The notes under the pieces: generated by a model
Seen by the model: the letters and a program-made list of their open reading frames with translations, nothing else
The model's database searches: none
What the model was told of the DNA's origin: nothing
Program-made: the position numbers and the translations under genes
Shown: positions 24,521 to 39,361 of the stretch, piece after piece
Position numbering within the stretch: the stretch's first letter is position 1
How the letters are laid out: each line of letters begins with the position of its first letter
Origin: Felis catus
Lineage: Eukaryota
Length of the DNA stretch: 64,000 nt
Reading direction: 5' to 3'
Assembly: GCF_018350175.1 (NCBI RefSeq)
Contig: NC_058368.1
Span: forward strand, 868,001-932,000

Positions 24521-27500
24521 AAAAAGCACAAAAAGATGCTTTGGGAGACATGAACAGAGGGCACATAAGACCAGAACACACAAACAGAATAAAGAGATAA
24601 GATGCTGCTTAAAACCAAAAAAATATCCCTCCCAAAATACAATTAGTGTAAGATTCCTCCTATGCAAAGTCAATTTCTTATAAAAACAAGCAATGAGAGA
24701 ATTCTTTCTTATAAGGGGAATAAAGGCTGAATTCTGATATTAACAAGATCATTTTAATTTTAAACAAGATGAGCATTCCTGCTGTCATGAATCTTTGCTA
24801 TATCAAGAACAGGGGTTCCAGAGTAGTACAAGATGAGAAAAAGTACATTTGTTTTGCCCAAGTGCTAAAGAATCTTTGTAATATCTTACCAAGTTATTAT
24901 GTGTGCATACACACATGGATCAAAAAATATTAAAATACTCTGCATAGCACAATTACTGGTTGCTTTTATTTCCCTTTTCCCTTATCATGTTATCTGAAAT
25001 TTCTAATGTGAACATAAATTATCTTGATTAAATGTTCCTTAACAAATCACTATTATTAAGAACATTACAGGGGTGCCTGGGTGGCTACATCAGTTATGTG
25101 TCCGACTCGGTTTCAGCTCAGGCCATGATCTCACGGTTTATGAGTGCCAGCCCCACATCAGGCTTTGTGCTGACTGTGCAGAGCTTGCTCGGGATTCTCT
25201 CTCCCTCTCTCCCTGCCCCTCTTCATGTGTCTCTCTCAAAATAAATATGTAAACTTAAAAAGAAGAGAACATACCAAAATACTAACGGTCACAGTTAACA
25301 TTCTATGAGTCAGTTACCCTAATATCATAACCATGACAAAGTAGGCATCATAAACCTTAACAAGATAATTATCTTTCCCATTTTTACAGACTGAAAACAG
25401 ATCGAATTATGTATTAATTATATCAATGAAAAACTATTTGGACAGACGGGCCTGGCTGGCTCAGTCAGAAGATCATGCAACTCTTGATCTCGGGGTCATG
25501 AGTTCGAACCCCACAAGGGGTACACTGATTAAAGAAAACTTAAAAAAAAAAAAATTCAGACTGATTATAAATGTACTGTAGCGACACAGGTAGTAGGGAC
25601 CGGGTGATTCTGTCAACACGCCAGTTGACAGAACACTTAGGTATCTTAAAAAGTCACCAAACACTACTACAATGATTTTGAACATTCAGACCACTAGTTG
25701 TCATCCTTAACTGCTCATCAGAACTACTTAAGTACCTTTTAACCACAAAATCTCTTGGGAGGTAGATATCAATATTTTTTTTTTTTGAAGCTCCCTAGTT
25801 GACTCCACTGTACAACCACCGAGAACCATACAACTATCATATAATTACTTTAGCTGGAGAAAGCTAGTAGACACCAAAAATATATTATCTACCTCAATAA
25901 GCCAAAATGTGCACAGTGTCCTTTTATCACTGATTATCCAAAAAAGTCTATTCAGTATATCCTATAATAATTTTAACATGAGTTTGTAGGCTAGCTTCTC
26001 TTAAATCATGGACAAATTACCACATATAATAAATGTAAAAATATGCATTTTCTTCCACGAAAAGGACTAAAACATTTGTTTTCCAACTAGATTTTCTCCT
26101 TTTAAGCTATGCCTGTTGAGAAAACTGCTTTACCCTCTCAGACAGTATTTCCTCATCTGCAACATTGGTAAAATAATTAGCTCAAAGAACCCAACACTAA
26201 AGTTCCTGAAATTTCACCAAAGCTTATATATTAAACACTGCCAGAGAAATATCCTTCTGGGGAAAAAAATTACAAAAAATAGAGAGAGAGCTAGAGTGTT
26301 TTTTCCTTTGATCCAGTAAATCACAGTAACAGGTATTTTCTTAAAAAAATATCCTGGGGCACATGGATGCCCAACTCTAGTAAGTGTTCAACTCTTTATT
26401 CTGGCTCAGGTCATGATATCACAATCATGAGATTGAGCCCTACATCAGGCTCCATGCTGACAGCTTGGAGCTGCTTGAGATTCTCTCTCTCCCTTCCTCT
26501 CTGTCACTCCCCTGTTCATGCTTCTCTATTAAAATAAATCAACATTAAAAAAAATAGGAATCCAAAGGCATCCATACACATAAAGACATCAGATGTAACA
26601 CTACATTTTTTTTTTTTAATGTTTCTATTCATTTTTGAGAAAGAGAGCGAGCAAGAAAGAGAGAGAGCGCACGCGCGGGGTAGAAGGAGAGGGAGACAGA
26701 GGATCTGAAGTGGACTCTACACTGACAGCAAAGAGCCAGATGTAGGGCCCAAACTCATGAGCCATGAGATCATGACCTAAACTGAAGAAGGAGGCTTAAC
26801 CGACTGAGCCACCCAGGCGCCCCTGAAGCACTAGTGATTACTAGACCAAATAACATTTGAAAATCCTTGCCTAATTTAATGATAAATAACAAAATTACAT
26901 CTATAATTTTAATATATCAAATACATGGGAATATAAGGAACTAAAGGAGAATACAGACAAATTTAAAATTTGATTTACTAGACTGTAGAAGTGTTTCTCA
27001 ACTTAATATCCTTCATGAAAACTGAATGTATACTCTCTGATCTAACAAGTCTATTTTCTAGAAATATAAGCATTGAATCTACAGATTGTAAGGGCATATT
27101 TAGCCCCAAGGAAAAGCTGAAACACTGTATTGCACAACAAGATGCATCTTGAATACAAGACCAGACAGAAAGCAGTAATAAGGTATAGTAAAATGTTAGT
27201 AACAGAATCTAAGTAGCGAACACCTTAAAATTCCTTCAACTCTATGTTCAAATTTTGTCACAAAAAAAAAAAAAAATGGGGGGTGGGGGGGGACCATATC
27301 CTAAATAAGCTACTGAACTTTACTTAAGAAGAAAGAATCAAGATGGAGTCACTTACGACAAGATGGGAAAAACTCAGGCTTACCTCAGACTTCCCCACAG
27401 AAACATTCAGTGCTAGAAGACAATGAAACATACTATCAAGTACTTAAGAAAGGAAGACAGAAAAAGATCCATGAATTTGAAGCACCAGTTTAAAATGTTA

Positions 27501-27694
27501 AGGATCACAGATAGTATTTTAGAACATGCAAGAACTCAAGGAATGTTGTTTCTATGAACCCTTCTTAAATCATGAGGATAAACATCAAATGATGAAAAGA
27601 CAAGTCATGACTCCTCTATTTAATAGGGTTAAAGATTAAAACACATGAACATCATCAAATTAAAGAACATTAACTTGAAATGAAAACACAGTAT

Positions 27695-28230
27695 TGAAGA
27701 GATATGTGCACTTTGATGTGCACTGCAGCATTATGCACAAAAGCAAATATACGGAAACAACCTAAGTTATCTATCAATGAAAGAATGGATAAAGATGTGG
27801 TGTACACACACAATATACATCTATCTACACACCCTCATACACACAATATACGTACACACACACAATGGAATATTATTTCAGCCACAAGAAAATGAAACCC
27901 TACATTTCCAAGAACACAGATGGACCTTGAGGGCATTAAGCTCGGTAACGTATGTCAAAAAAAGACAAATACTGCATGGTAGAACTTACATGTGGAATCT
28001 TAAAAAAAAAAAAAAAAAAAAAAATCAAACTCTTAGAAACAAACATTAGAAAAGTGGCTTTCAAGGGGCTGGAAAGTAGAGTAACCAGGGAGAGTCTGGT
28101 AAAAGGATAAAAGTTCTGCCCTTAAGAACAGTAAAGCCTGAGGATTTAATGTGTAACATAGTGGCTATGTTTTAAATAATTACTGTGTAACTGAAAACTA
28201 CTAAGAGAGTAAAACTTGAATGTTCTAAAA
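27695..28230 (+). mobile_element. L1MA-like 3' fragment
   Basis: ORF2 C-terminus-like MCTLMCTAALCTKANIRKQPK...EWIKMW followed by a typical L1 3' UTR. Confidence 0.8.
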
Positions 28231-30227
28231 CACCAGAAAAATAAACAAAATCAGCCTTTATACTGAAAAAGAAAAAATTAAGTTAAATAAATCCAAACAA
28301 ATCAGATGCAAAATAAATAAAAGTTGAGAGGAAAAGAGAATGAAAGAGGAATAAAATATGCCTATTCCATTGGTTTTCTTTCCTTCAGTTATCAGGAATC
28401 AAAAGATATTTATAAAGGCAATATACTTCTACTACTTGTTTACCAGTTTGATAGCACATATAAAGAATGAAAATACAATCATAAAAACCCAGTGGTGGAA
28501 GAGGAGAGAGTAATAACAAAATGCACGCAGAGTTAAATTTCATCTGTTCAAAGTTTATAACTCTAGGAACAAAGATAACACAAAATAACCATGAAGAAAA
28601 TTCAGAAACTGCTCCTATGCTGATGATCATAAACAAATGGAGAAGGAAAAAAAAAAAACCTGTAGTAAGTATAATGGGATTTGGATCTAGAAAACATTAA
28701 ATAAACACCAGTAAAGTACAACTATTAAAACGTATCGGTGTATCCAAGAAGAATTAAGATTCACAAAACTGGGGTGCTTCCGTAGCTCAGTTGGTTAAGC
28801 ATCCAACTTTGGCTCAGGTCATGATCTCATGTCTCTTGAGTTTGAGCCCCGTGTTGGGCTCTGTGCTGACAGCTCAGAGCCTGGAGCCTGCTTTGGATTC
28901 TGTGTCTCCGTCTCTCTCTGCCCCTCCCCCACTTGCACACAAGCTCACTCTCTCTCTCTCTCTCTCTCTCTCAAAAACAAATGAACATTAAAAAAAAAGT
29001 CACAAAACTTTGCTAAGGTATATATACATAAACATTCAATGAGGTGCTGCTTTTATCAACAACCTGGAAAGAGAACTACAGATAAATCAACAGAGGATGA
29101 GCTAAACTAATTATACCCACTAAACAGAATATATGCAGCCATTTAAAAACTGAGACGGGGATGCCTGGGTGGCTCAGATGGTTAAGGATCCGACTCCATA
29201 TTTTGACTCAGGTCATGAGCTCATGGTTCAGGAGATCAAGCCCCACATCGGGCTCTGCACTAACAGCTCTGAGCCTGAGTGGGATTCTCTCTCCCTCTCT
29301 CTCTCCCCTCCCCCACTCATGCACAAGCATGCTTTCTCTCTCTCAAAATAAATAAACTGAAAAATAATTTTTCTAATAAATTAAAAACAAAAAACCAAGA
29401 TCTGGAAGTATGTACTACTGTAGAAAGTAAAATAAGAAGGTACAGAGAAAGATAAATAGAAGACTCTTTGGTTATAAATAAATACACATACATATCTACT
29501 GACATTCAAGTTTTCTTTTCATTAAGGGATATACAAAAGAAACTTAAAATATAGAAGAAACCTGTGATTCCTACAAAAAAGCAGAAGGGGGGACAGGGGA
29601 GGAGACACATTTTCTGTACTAACTGGGTTTTCTATTTCCATGAAAGGTCAACCAGAGAGCCCTGTTTCTGTTTCTGCACAGCCACAGAACACAGATTACC
29701 TAAAATCTCTCCACCACCCCAATACACCCTTGGAAATGCTGTATGAAGTATAAAATTATAGAATAAAAGAAAACTATAAATTAAAAACAGTTTTGACTAA
29801 CAATGAAACAAACTAACACTGAAACAAATTACCAGCAGATATCTGCTGAAATAAATGTAAGATGTACTTCAGCAAAACCAGGAGTAATATAAACTAATCA
29901 ATGTGCTTTTCTAATATTATAAACCAAAAATATTGTCAACAGGGGTTATAAAGAAACATACAAAAAACAATGAAAAAACAAAAGCTCAGGGGAAATAACT
30001 GCAAAATTACTGTGCTTCAGAACTCAAACTGGAGGTGCCAGGGTGGTTCAGTTGGTCAAGCGTCCAAATGCAGCTCAGGTCATAATTTCACAGTCAAGTT
30101 CGAGCCCAGAGTTGGGCTCTGTGCTGACAGCTGAGCCTGAAGCCTGCTTTCAGATTCTGTGTCTGCTCCCCCTCTCTCTGCCCCTCCTCTGCTCATGTTC
30201 TGTCTCCCTCTCTCTAAAAAATAAATA

Positions 30228-30273
30228 AATACATACATACATACATACATACATACATACATACATACATACA
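30228..30273 (+). repeat. (ATAC)n microsatellite grown from a SINE tail
   Basis: About 11 uninterrupted units directly after the SINE AATAAA tail. Confidence 0.95.
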
Positions 30274-32993
30274 ATGTCCTTAGAGATGAGGCAAATCTTC
30301 TAAAAGCTCAGAAGAGCTTTATGAGGCCTAAAGAAATATTGCTGTTTGTCAACACTATATCCTCAATCAAATATCTCAGTGTCTTCTTCAACTGACATTA
30401 TGTGCTGAAGAAATGGCTGTTATAATACCATTTATCATCAGCAGCAACAAATAGCTTATAGTAGTATAAATGCTTCCATATTTAATCAGTTATGTGCTAA
30501 GATTATGGCATGACTGTAGACAGTGGCAAAGTGCCCAGCAGGCTCTGAGCAGAAAACAATTCATATTAGAGAGAAGTACTAGAGCAATCATGGAGCCCAA
30601 GAAACTAAATTTTTTAAAATCCCCCAGTTGATTCTCATGTGTAACCAAATGTTAAAACCATAAAACCACCAGACTAGATAAAACTGAAGGCCTCTCTTCC
30701 AGCTCTAAGCAGCAAATGATTCTGAAACCTCATCACATAAAACAATTTCAAATTTTCTGCTACATAAGAGTCTTAATCTTTAAACATAGTACATGATAAT
30801 AAATGACTTCAATTTTCTGAAGAGTAAACTTACAGAACTGCTAAGTTTAGAATCCAAATGAAACCAGAAACGTCTGACTAGTTTCTATAGTTGTTGAGCT
30901 GGATTGTTTTTTAACGTATTTAATTAGCATCAGCAGTTAGTGACTTCATACATGTTCAATAAACTTTTACTGAACAGAAAAAACAAACACTGGACTTTTA
31001 GTAATCGAAACTCTACCAAAAGGATTTTAAAAAATGAATGATGATCACATTTTCACCTTTTAAAGAAATACCAGCTCTAGTATAAAAAATACTTCAGAGA
31101 AGACAAAGATTAAATAACAGTCCAATAAGAAGGCAGAAATCTAGGTAGATATCTATAGTGCCTTGATCTCTGGAGGTAGTCAAAGAAGGTAGATAAATGT
31201 TTACTAAATGCTTACTTTAAAAAACAAAAACAAAAAAATTAACACAATAGAAAGCAATCAGAGGTTTATTTTTAACAAATACAAAACTATGGGGCACACT
31301 GGTGTCTCAGTGTCAATTTCAGCTCAGATCCTGATTTCACCGTTTGTGAGTTCAAGCTCTCTGCTGTCAGCACAGAGCCTACTTCTGGGATCCTAGGGAT
31401 CCTCTGTCTCCCTCTCTCTCTGCCTCTCCCCCACACTCGCGTGTGCACACACACGCTCTCTCTCTCAAAAAAAAACATTAAAAAAATATATACAAAATTA
31501 TTACAGATAGTTGAAAAAATGAGTGACAGGAATTACCAGAAGAAATTATTTGGAGAATTAAAGAAGGGGAAAGATAAACAGTAAAGATAGGCATAAAAAG
31601 AAACCTAGCAAGAGGAGAGGAAAGAAGTGGGCTTCTACATATATTCAAGCAGCTTGTCTTATGTTTAGGTATTTGACCAGTAACTATGAGAATAAATTAT
31701 CACCCATTATGATTGTTCTTAAAAATTCAGTCAGCTCTAGGAACACCTGGATGGCTCAACCCAGCTCTTGATCTCGGCTCAGGTCATGATCTCACGGTTT
31801 GTGAGATCGAGCTCCAAGTTGGGCTCTGCGCTGACAGGACAGAGCCTGCTTGGGATTCTCTTTCCTGTGTCTCTGACTCTACCCCGCTCACGATTCCTCA
31901 CTCTCGAAATAAATTTAAAAATAAAAGTACAAGTTTTTGTTCTAGGGGACCATCATTGGCTCAGTTGGTTAAGCGTCCAACGACTCTGAATTTTGGTTCA
32001 GGTCACAATCTCACAGTTCATGGGATTGAGCCCTACATCGGGCTCTGCATTAACAGCATGGAGCTTGCGTGGGATTCTCTCTTTCTGCCCCTCCGCTGCT
32101 CATGCACATGTGTGAATGCTCTCCCTTTCTCTCTCAAAATAAATACACTTTTTTTTTTTTTTTACATTTATTTTTGAGAGACAGAGTGAGACAGAGCACA
32201 AGCGGGGAAGGGGCAGAGAGAGAAAGAGACACAGAATCTGAACCAGAATCCAGGCTCTGAGCAAGCATTCAGCACAGAGCCCAAAGCAGGGCTTGAACCC
32301 ATGAATCATGAGATCATGACCTGAGCCGCAGTCGGTCACTTAACCGACTAAGCCACCCAGGCGCCCCAATAAACTTTTTTTTTTAATTTTTATTGGTACT
32401 CCACTTAGTTAACATACAGTGCTATATTAGTGTCAGGTGTACAACATTTGATATGTGACTTTTGCCAAATCCACATACCAAGAATTACCCACTGTGCTTC
32501 TTTTTGCCAGCAGAGTCATCTATCGTCTACTGGCAAAATTTAACCACTTTAATAACATCCAAGAATACTACTTATGTAGGCAAAACTTATTTTAGTAAGT
32601 TCTATGGTTTTGTTTTAATTTTTTTTTTTTAACGTTTATTTATTTTTGAGACAGAGAGAGGCAGAGCATGAACAGGGGAGGGGCAGAGAGAGAGGGAGAC
32701 ACAGAATCCGAAACAGGCTCCAGGCTCCGAGTTGTCAGCACAGAGCCCGACACGGGGCTCGAACTCATGGACCGTAAGATCATGACCTGAGCCAAAGTGA
32801 GACGCTTAACCAACCGAGCCACCCAGGCGCCTGTTTTGTTTTTTTTTTTAAGAAGTTCTCTTGGAAAAGGGAGATTTTTGTTTCCGATACAGTGAGTTCC
32901 AACTACCTTCTAACTCATAAACAGCAACTTAAATAGTATGTGCCTTAAGAAAAAAAAAAAATCATACTATATCTATATGAAAACCCATTTTAC

Positions 32994-33190
32994 CTTGCCT
33001 CATTAGCATTAATTGGTGTTCATGCCTAGCTGCTTCCATTTCTGCTTCCAGTTTCTCTTTGGCTTCTCTGATGTTTCTATCAACCTGCTCACGCTGCTGC
33101 TTTTCCATTTCGTCAAGAGCCTTCCATCGAGATGCATACTCAAATTCAAATGTCCCAGGTTGAGCAAAACGTGGTGGCTGTTCTCTTTCC
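32994..33190 (-). CDS. PSPC1: PSPC1 coding exon 4 (NOPS to coiled coil)
   Basis: [65 protein letters not shown]. Acceptor CTCTTAG|GG, donor AAG|GTAAAA, 197 nt. Confidence 0.97.
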
Positions 33191-35139
33191 CTAAGAGTTT
33201 ACATTTGAAAACATACAGAAATCTATGTTTAAAAGGCAAAAAAAACAACAAATAAGAACAACAAGAACTACCATTTAGCAAGCAGTTACAATGTTCATGG
33301 CACTGTACTGGGCAAGTACTCTACATGAATTACCTCATGACAATATGGTAATTCATGTTTTAACAAGCCTGAGTTTAAGAAACTGCACAAGGATGCCCAA
33401 CTAGTAAGCATAGAACCAAGATTCAAAACTAAGCAATCTGATACTACCTACAAGCTGCACTCCCCTAATTATCACCTTCAATAAGGCTTTCTGGTTTTCC
33501 CTCAACAATTTTATATAAGGCAACATGCAACACAGGAATCAAATATGCCCTAAATAAATTGTCTAGAATCAAAGTTGTTCTCTAAAAGTAACTTTTAGGG
33601 GCGCCTGGGTGGCTCAGTCAGTTGAGCGTCTGACTTCAGCTCAGATCATGGTCTCACAGTTCATGAGTTCGAGCCCCACATCAGGCTCTGTGCTGACAGC
33701 TCAGAGCCTGGAGCCTGCTTCAGATTCTGTACCTCTCTCTTTTCCCCTCTTTCCCCGCTCATGCTCTGCCTGTCTTTCAAAAATAAGTAAATGTTAAAAA
33801 AAAATTTTTTTTAAGTAACTTTTAGGCATAGTAATAAAAGCGAATAGTTTATGGAGTGTTATGTGCTAGATTAATTGGCTACACCAAAAAATAAAGGCCT
33901 AAACTTATTACAATTGTAGTTATTTAATACTTGTTTTTCCTTGCTAGACTATGAACTCAATGAGGATGTGAAATATGTCTGTTAAATGCTACACCTCAAA
34001 TACCTAGCACGTTATCTGGCACACTGTATATATTTAGTACTTATTTCTTGAATGAATGCATAAAAGATGAGCAAATGACCAAAATAATTAAAAAAAAAAA
34101 GAATGACGTATGAATGTACCTGAAATTCAAAGAATTTTTTCAATTATTCTTGCCTATAATAGCTTCTATTAAAAAACATTGGTAAGGTGCCGGGGTTGCA
34201 TAGTCAATGGAGTGTCCAACTCTTGATTTTGGCTCAGGTCACAATCTCACGGTTCTGCACTGTTAGTGCACAGCCTGCTTGGGATTCTCTCTCTCCCCAT
34301 CCCTCCCTGTTCGTGTGCACTCTCTCAAAATAGATAAACTTTTGAAAATAAATAAATAAAATTTAAAACACTGGTAAGAACATAATCCGTACCCCACCAA
34401 TAAAAGTATAGATGTCTCAACAACAAAAAATATACATTTCCTGCAATCCTAAATTTTAACTTTTATTTTAGGGTGGGGAGGGAAAGATGGGTAGGTAAGA
34501 CAAATTTGGGAGATAAAGGGGGAGGTCGTCAGAGGTAAAGATGTAGTCACAAGAAACAGCTTCAAATATTTTTAGAGGCACATAAAAAAAAACAAAGTTA
34601 ACTATGATCTAGGTATTCTATACCTAAAAAATACTTTTTCTTTTTTAAACATGGACTGGGAAAGGGGAAAATTGGGGGAATCAACCATGCACTAATTTTT
34701 CTGAAAGAATTATTTATTATTCAGTAGTTCCTAGGTCACACTTGGACTATAATTGTAAATATTAAAAAATCTTAATTTTCTCCAGGGAAACACTACTGAA
34801 ACAATATGGATTTGGGGAGTTAAACTAAATTTGAATCATGGCTCTTATGCTGTGAACATTCCCTTCTAAGTACAACTCTTTAGTAGTAAAACTGGAAATA
34901 TAATGAGATCTTGTAAGGTTTGCTGGGTTAATTAAACCATTATATAAGCAAATTTTCCTATATGCGTATAAACTCCACTTTTTGTAACACTCTTACAATT
35001 CCAGTTCTCTAAACCCTGAATCCAGAAAGTATGCTCTAGTTCAAATTTGTAATGGTAAACTATAACCAGAAAAAAAAGTCAAGCATCTAGGAAATCAGTC
35101 TTTGGAAAAAAAACATATGAGAAATCAAATGGGTTCTGA

Positions 35140-36245
35140 ATTATAACTGATCCTTCTCTCCTAAAATACGTTCTTTCCTTGCTTCAAGGACACACTGCTG
35201 GCTGATCCCCCTACACCAATGACTGTTCCCACTCCTGTCTTTGCTAATTCCTTCTGATATTCCAAACCTCTATATATTGGAGTATTCCAGGGCTCAATCC
35301 TTTGACACAGTTCTCTATCACATGTGGTAACTGCAGCCCACAGAGCTCATCTAAATTCCAGATGCAAATCCAACTACTACCTTGACATCTCCACTTGGGT
35401 GTTCAAAACCATTTCAAACTTAACATGTCCAAAACAAAGTTCCCGAACTTCCTCCCCCCAAACTGCTCCTCCTACAGGATTCTACAGATCAATCATTAGC
35501 AATTTCCTTATTTCCAGTTACTTCGGCCAAAAACCATGTAATCGTGCTTTTTAACTCTTTTTCTCCCACATCCATCAGCAAATTCCAAAGTCTATTTTCA
35601 AACTATATCTATCCAGAATCTGACCACTTTTCACCATCACCACTGTGAGCTCCTAACTCATTTATCTGCCCAATTCCACCCTTGGCAATCTATTCTTAAA
35701 TCAATCGGCAGCCAAAAAGCTTCTGTTAAAATTAGGTTTAAGCCACTACTCTGCTCATTCCTTTCTCATACAATACAAAAAGCCCAATCAGCTCAGTACC
35801 CAGCAAGACACAATAATCTGCACTCCTCCCAAGGTTTTACCTCTACCTAATCTCTCCATCCTTACTCACTATGCTCCAACTAAACGGGCCTCTCTACTGT
35901 TCCTAGAATCTCTCCAGAGTCTTCCTTCTTGGACTTTATAGTTACTATTTCCTGTGCTGAGATCACTATTCTCTATTCCATCCACGTCTGATACCTACAT
36001 AGCTAGCTTCCTCCCCACCCCTTCAAGCTGTTAATCAAACGTCACCCTCTCAGGTAGGCTCCCCAACCATCTATACAAAGAGCCACACCACTCTGCTCAC
36101 AGCATCCACTTTCCCCTGTCTTTCTGCCATATTTGTTCTACTAACTTTACTGTTTACCTTCCTTACCACCCCAACACAGCCTGAATTTCTGGCCTATTTT
36201 GTTCACTGAAACATCTCCTGTACCAGGCATGTAATAAGCACTCAT
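35140..36245 (+). mobile_element. L2 LINE relic
   Basis: Pyrimidine-rich L2 motifs CTTGACATCTCCACTTGG and AACATGTCCAAAAC. Confidence 0.75.
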
Positions 36246-37250
36246 AGTTCTCATTTAAATCGACCATAAAGAAAAACATTCAACTGCCCTATAATCAAAG
36301 AACACTAATTAAAGTAACATGAATAAAATACCATTTTGAACATCAGCTGTCAAATCCTAAAATCATAACATCCATTTTTTGTCATGATAAAGAAAAACAC
36401 CTTTATACATACCAAAGAGTATAAATTGGTATGTTATTTCTGGAAAACCATTTGCCAGCATTAATCAATTTTAAATATGCATACCCTCTGATCTAAGCTT
36501 TTAGACCATACATATACCTATAACATCGTATGTTAACCTTTAATACGGGTTTTGTAATTTTTGATTCCTTATTTCTTGTGTGACTCCACCACAAGAAATG
36601 TCAGCACCAGGAGGGCAGAAACAGTTCAGAGTTGCACTGACCGCACCTAGAATAGTGCCTAGCACAAAAGCACTCCATTATTTGCTGAATTCATGCATGC
36701 TCGTGTTTTATCTACCATAATGAACAAGTGACTGGTTAAAAGTAATAAAATATATTCATACAGGCAACTTATGTAAAAGTATTTCTAACATATCGAGCAA
36801 AAAGCAAGTAGTACACGAACAATACACATTTTGAAAACTGGCTATTTTTCTTTTTTACCACTAGGAGTGCTTATCTTGTGCCACATTATCTAACTAGGAT
36901 CTCCCCTGCTTTACCCCCACCAAAAGTCTCCCTTTAACCTGTAATGTAACTAAAGCATACTAATTAAAAAATATTTTCATGGTATCTAAATTATATTGTG
37001 TCTCTGTCATAATTACTGATAGTCTCCATCTAGCTACCTACTCCGGTCCCAGTTATAAAAGCAGACTTTCCTAAGTTAATGTTCTGCCCATTATATACAA
37101 GAAGAGCATTCCATGTAGACCAGGCCACTCTATTAACCAGATTATATGACTGAACAGAAAACCTTGTAATCCAACAATACTTGATAATAAATGTCATGTA
37201 ACATCCTTGAAAGCATGTATCTAAAAATACCTTTATTAGTAAAATCTTAC

Positions 37251-37346
37251 TTATGATATTGTTGAGTTTTCTGCATTAGCTTCTCTGGCAAGCCATCTTC
37301 ATCATCAAACTGCTCCATAGGCTCCACAATGACTGGACGAGGGGTC
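37251..37346 (-). CDS. PSPC1: PSPC1 coding exon 3 (start of NOPS domain)
   Basis: Manual translation [31 protein letters not shown](K). Acceptor TATCCAG|GA, donor AA|GTAAGA, 96 nt, frame fits neighbours. Confidence 0.97.
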
Positions 37347-37676
37347 CTGGATAGGTAAAAAGCATAGGAATTAATACAATGTCTAGACTTAACAACCTCC
37401 TAGAAATTCTTTATACTAATTCCAAGATACATGCGGCGCCTGGGTGGCTCAGTCAGCTGAGCGACCAACTTCAGCTCAGGTCATGATCTCACAGCTCATG
37501 AGTTTATGTCCCACGACAGCTCAGAGCCTGGAGCCTGCATCAGATTCTGTGTCTCCCTCTCTGCCCTTCCCCTGCTCATTCTCTCTCTCAAAAATCATAA
37601 ACATTAAAAAATAATAATAATTCCAAGATACATACTTGGGAAATTTCTTGAGAAAAATGTCTCAGAAGTTACCATA

Positions 37677-37718
<42 letters not shown>

Positions 37719-38202
37719 TATTTATGAGAGAGAGAGAAAGACACAGAGCACAAGCAGGGGACAGGCAGAAAGAGAGAATCCGAAGCAGGCTCCAGGCTCT
37801 GTGCTATCAGCACAAAGCCCAACACGGGGCTCGAACTCACAAACCGCGAGAGCAGGACCTGAGCCAAGGTGCTCCCACCCCCCCCCATATACTCTTAAAA
37901 TTAGTCAATAAACATTTGCTGCACCAGATACAAATGAACGTTAAAGTCAAACAAAAATGAACGCTTGTTTTTAGAGCACTGCCTATTCAAAGTGACAGAG
38001 GAATAAATCAACAACTGTGAACCTACATAACCACTGTAGTTAATTTTTACACAGCACGATGGAAAAGAATGAGCACCTGATTCATATTTTATGTATGTGG
38101 AATTATTATCCCCATATCCAACCACCTTCCAGCCTCCCTGCATCTAACCAGTCTTGTTCAGATAAGTCTTCCTAAAACCTAAAATGACATCTAAAACACA
38201 CT

Positions 38203-38242
38203 GGCCAAGCGGCCAAGCAGCCAAGCGGCCAAGCAGCCAAGC
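38203..38242 (+). repeat. Tandem repeat (RGCCAAGC)x5
   Basis: GGCCAAGC GGCCAAGC AGCCAAGC GGCCAAGC AGCCAAGC read directly. Confidence 0.95.
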
Positions 38243-38319
38243 AAATAGAGGAGAGAGCCAGAAGACACAACACATTCAAGGTGGAGGTTGGGGGAAAGAG
38301 GAGACAAGAGTGGATGATC

Positions 38320-39361
38320 AAAGATATGACTTGTAAACCCTACTTCTTTATTACTTTCCTAAGTAAAACAAAAGGATGGGAAAGTTCACTGAGGAAGACA
38401 AAACAGGGAAAGGAAATAGAATGGATGATATGCTGACATCAAAATTTTCCGGGGCGCCTGGGTGGCGCAGTCGGTTAAGCGTCCAACTTCAGCCAGGTCA
38501 CGATCTCGCGGTCTGTGAGTTCGAGCCCCGCGTCAGGCTCTGGGCTGATGGCTCGGAGCCTGGAGCCTGTTTCTGATTCTGTGTCTCCCTCTCTCTCTGC
38601 CCCTCCCCCATTCATGCTCTGTCTCTCTCTGTCCCAAAAATAAATAAAAACGTTGAAAAAAAAATTAAAAAAAAAAATTTTCCTTGCTATTAAGAATTTT
38701 ATAGCCAAGAGCAAGATTTAAAAACTATACCACCAAAAGTACCCATGTGTGTTTGGTACAAACATTTTCTTGTAGCTTTGACTGGACTCATTTCTAAAAT
38801 GATCCAACAGTATTTTTACCATTTTTTCCAAATTAGCAAATACCAGGACTGATGTGTTTTCAGTGATAACTGAATGCACTGGATTCATTTTTGTGAAAGT
38901 GGCTTTGATGGCCTGTCCAAGGAATGGATTACAGATGATCGGCTGGATGAGAAGCACCCTAAGGATTTATAGATCCTGTCAAACTGTTGGTGATGACATC
39001 ATCATTGGCACACCTGATATGTTGTCACTGCTACCATCACAGTCCCCTACATGTCATCTCTAATAATACCTCTGGAGGGCCTGGCTGCCTAATCCAGTAG
39101 AGAAGAGGCTTTGGTTCTTCCAGCTCCTGCCTCCCAATTATCACACTCAAAATATAGCATATTCATTTGACAGGATTGAACCATCATCTGTACATGAAGA
39201 TCCACATCAATCTTTCTTATGATCAGTGCCTTCTACTGATAACAGAGCACCTCCTCTGGTACTTGCAGATGTTTTGTTGATTATGTTCACCTTTTGGAAC
39301 TATGTAGGCCTAACCACAAATAAAAAATCTTTGCCTAAGTCTTAAAAAAAAAAAAAAAAAA
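38320..39361 (+). pseudogene. Unidentified processed-pseudogene candidate (left boundary uncertain, interrupted by a SINE at 38451-38677)
   Basis: mRNA-like non-repeat sequence ending in AATAAA (39319-39324) and a pure A-run about 20 nt later (39344-39361). Parent gene not recognised and no TSD found. Confidence 0.45.
38451..38677 (+). mobile_element. Young felid SINEC
   Basis: Same subfamily; TSD AAAATTTTCC. Confidence 0.95.
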
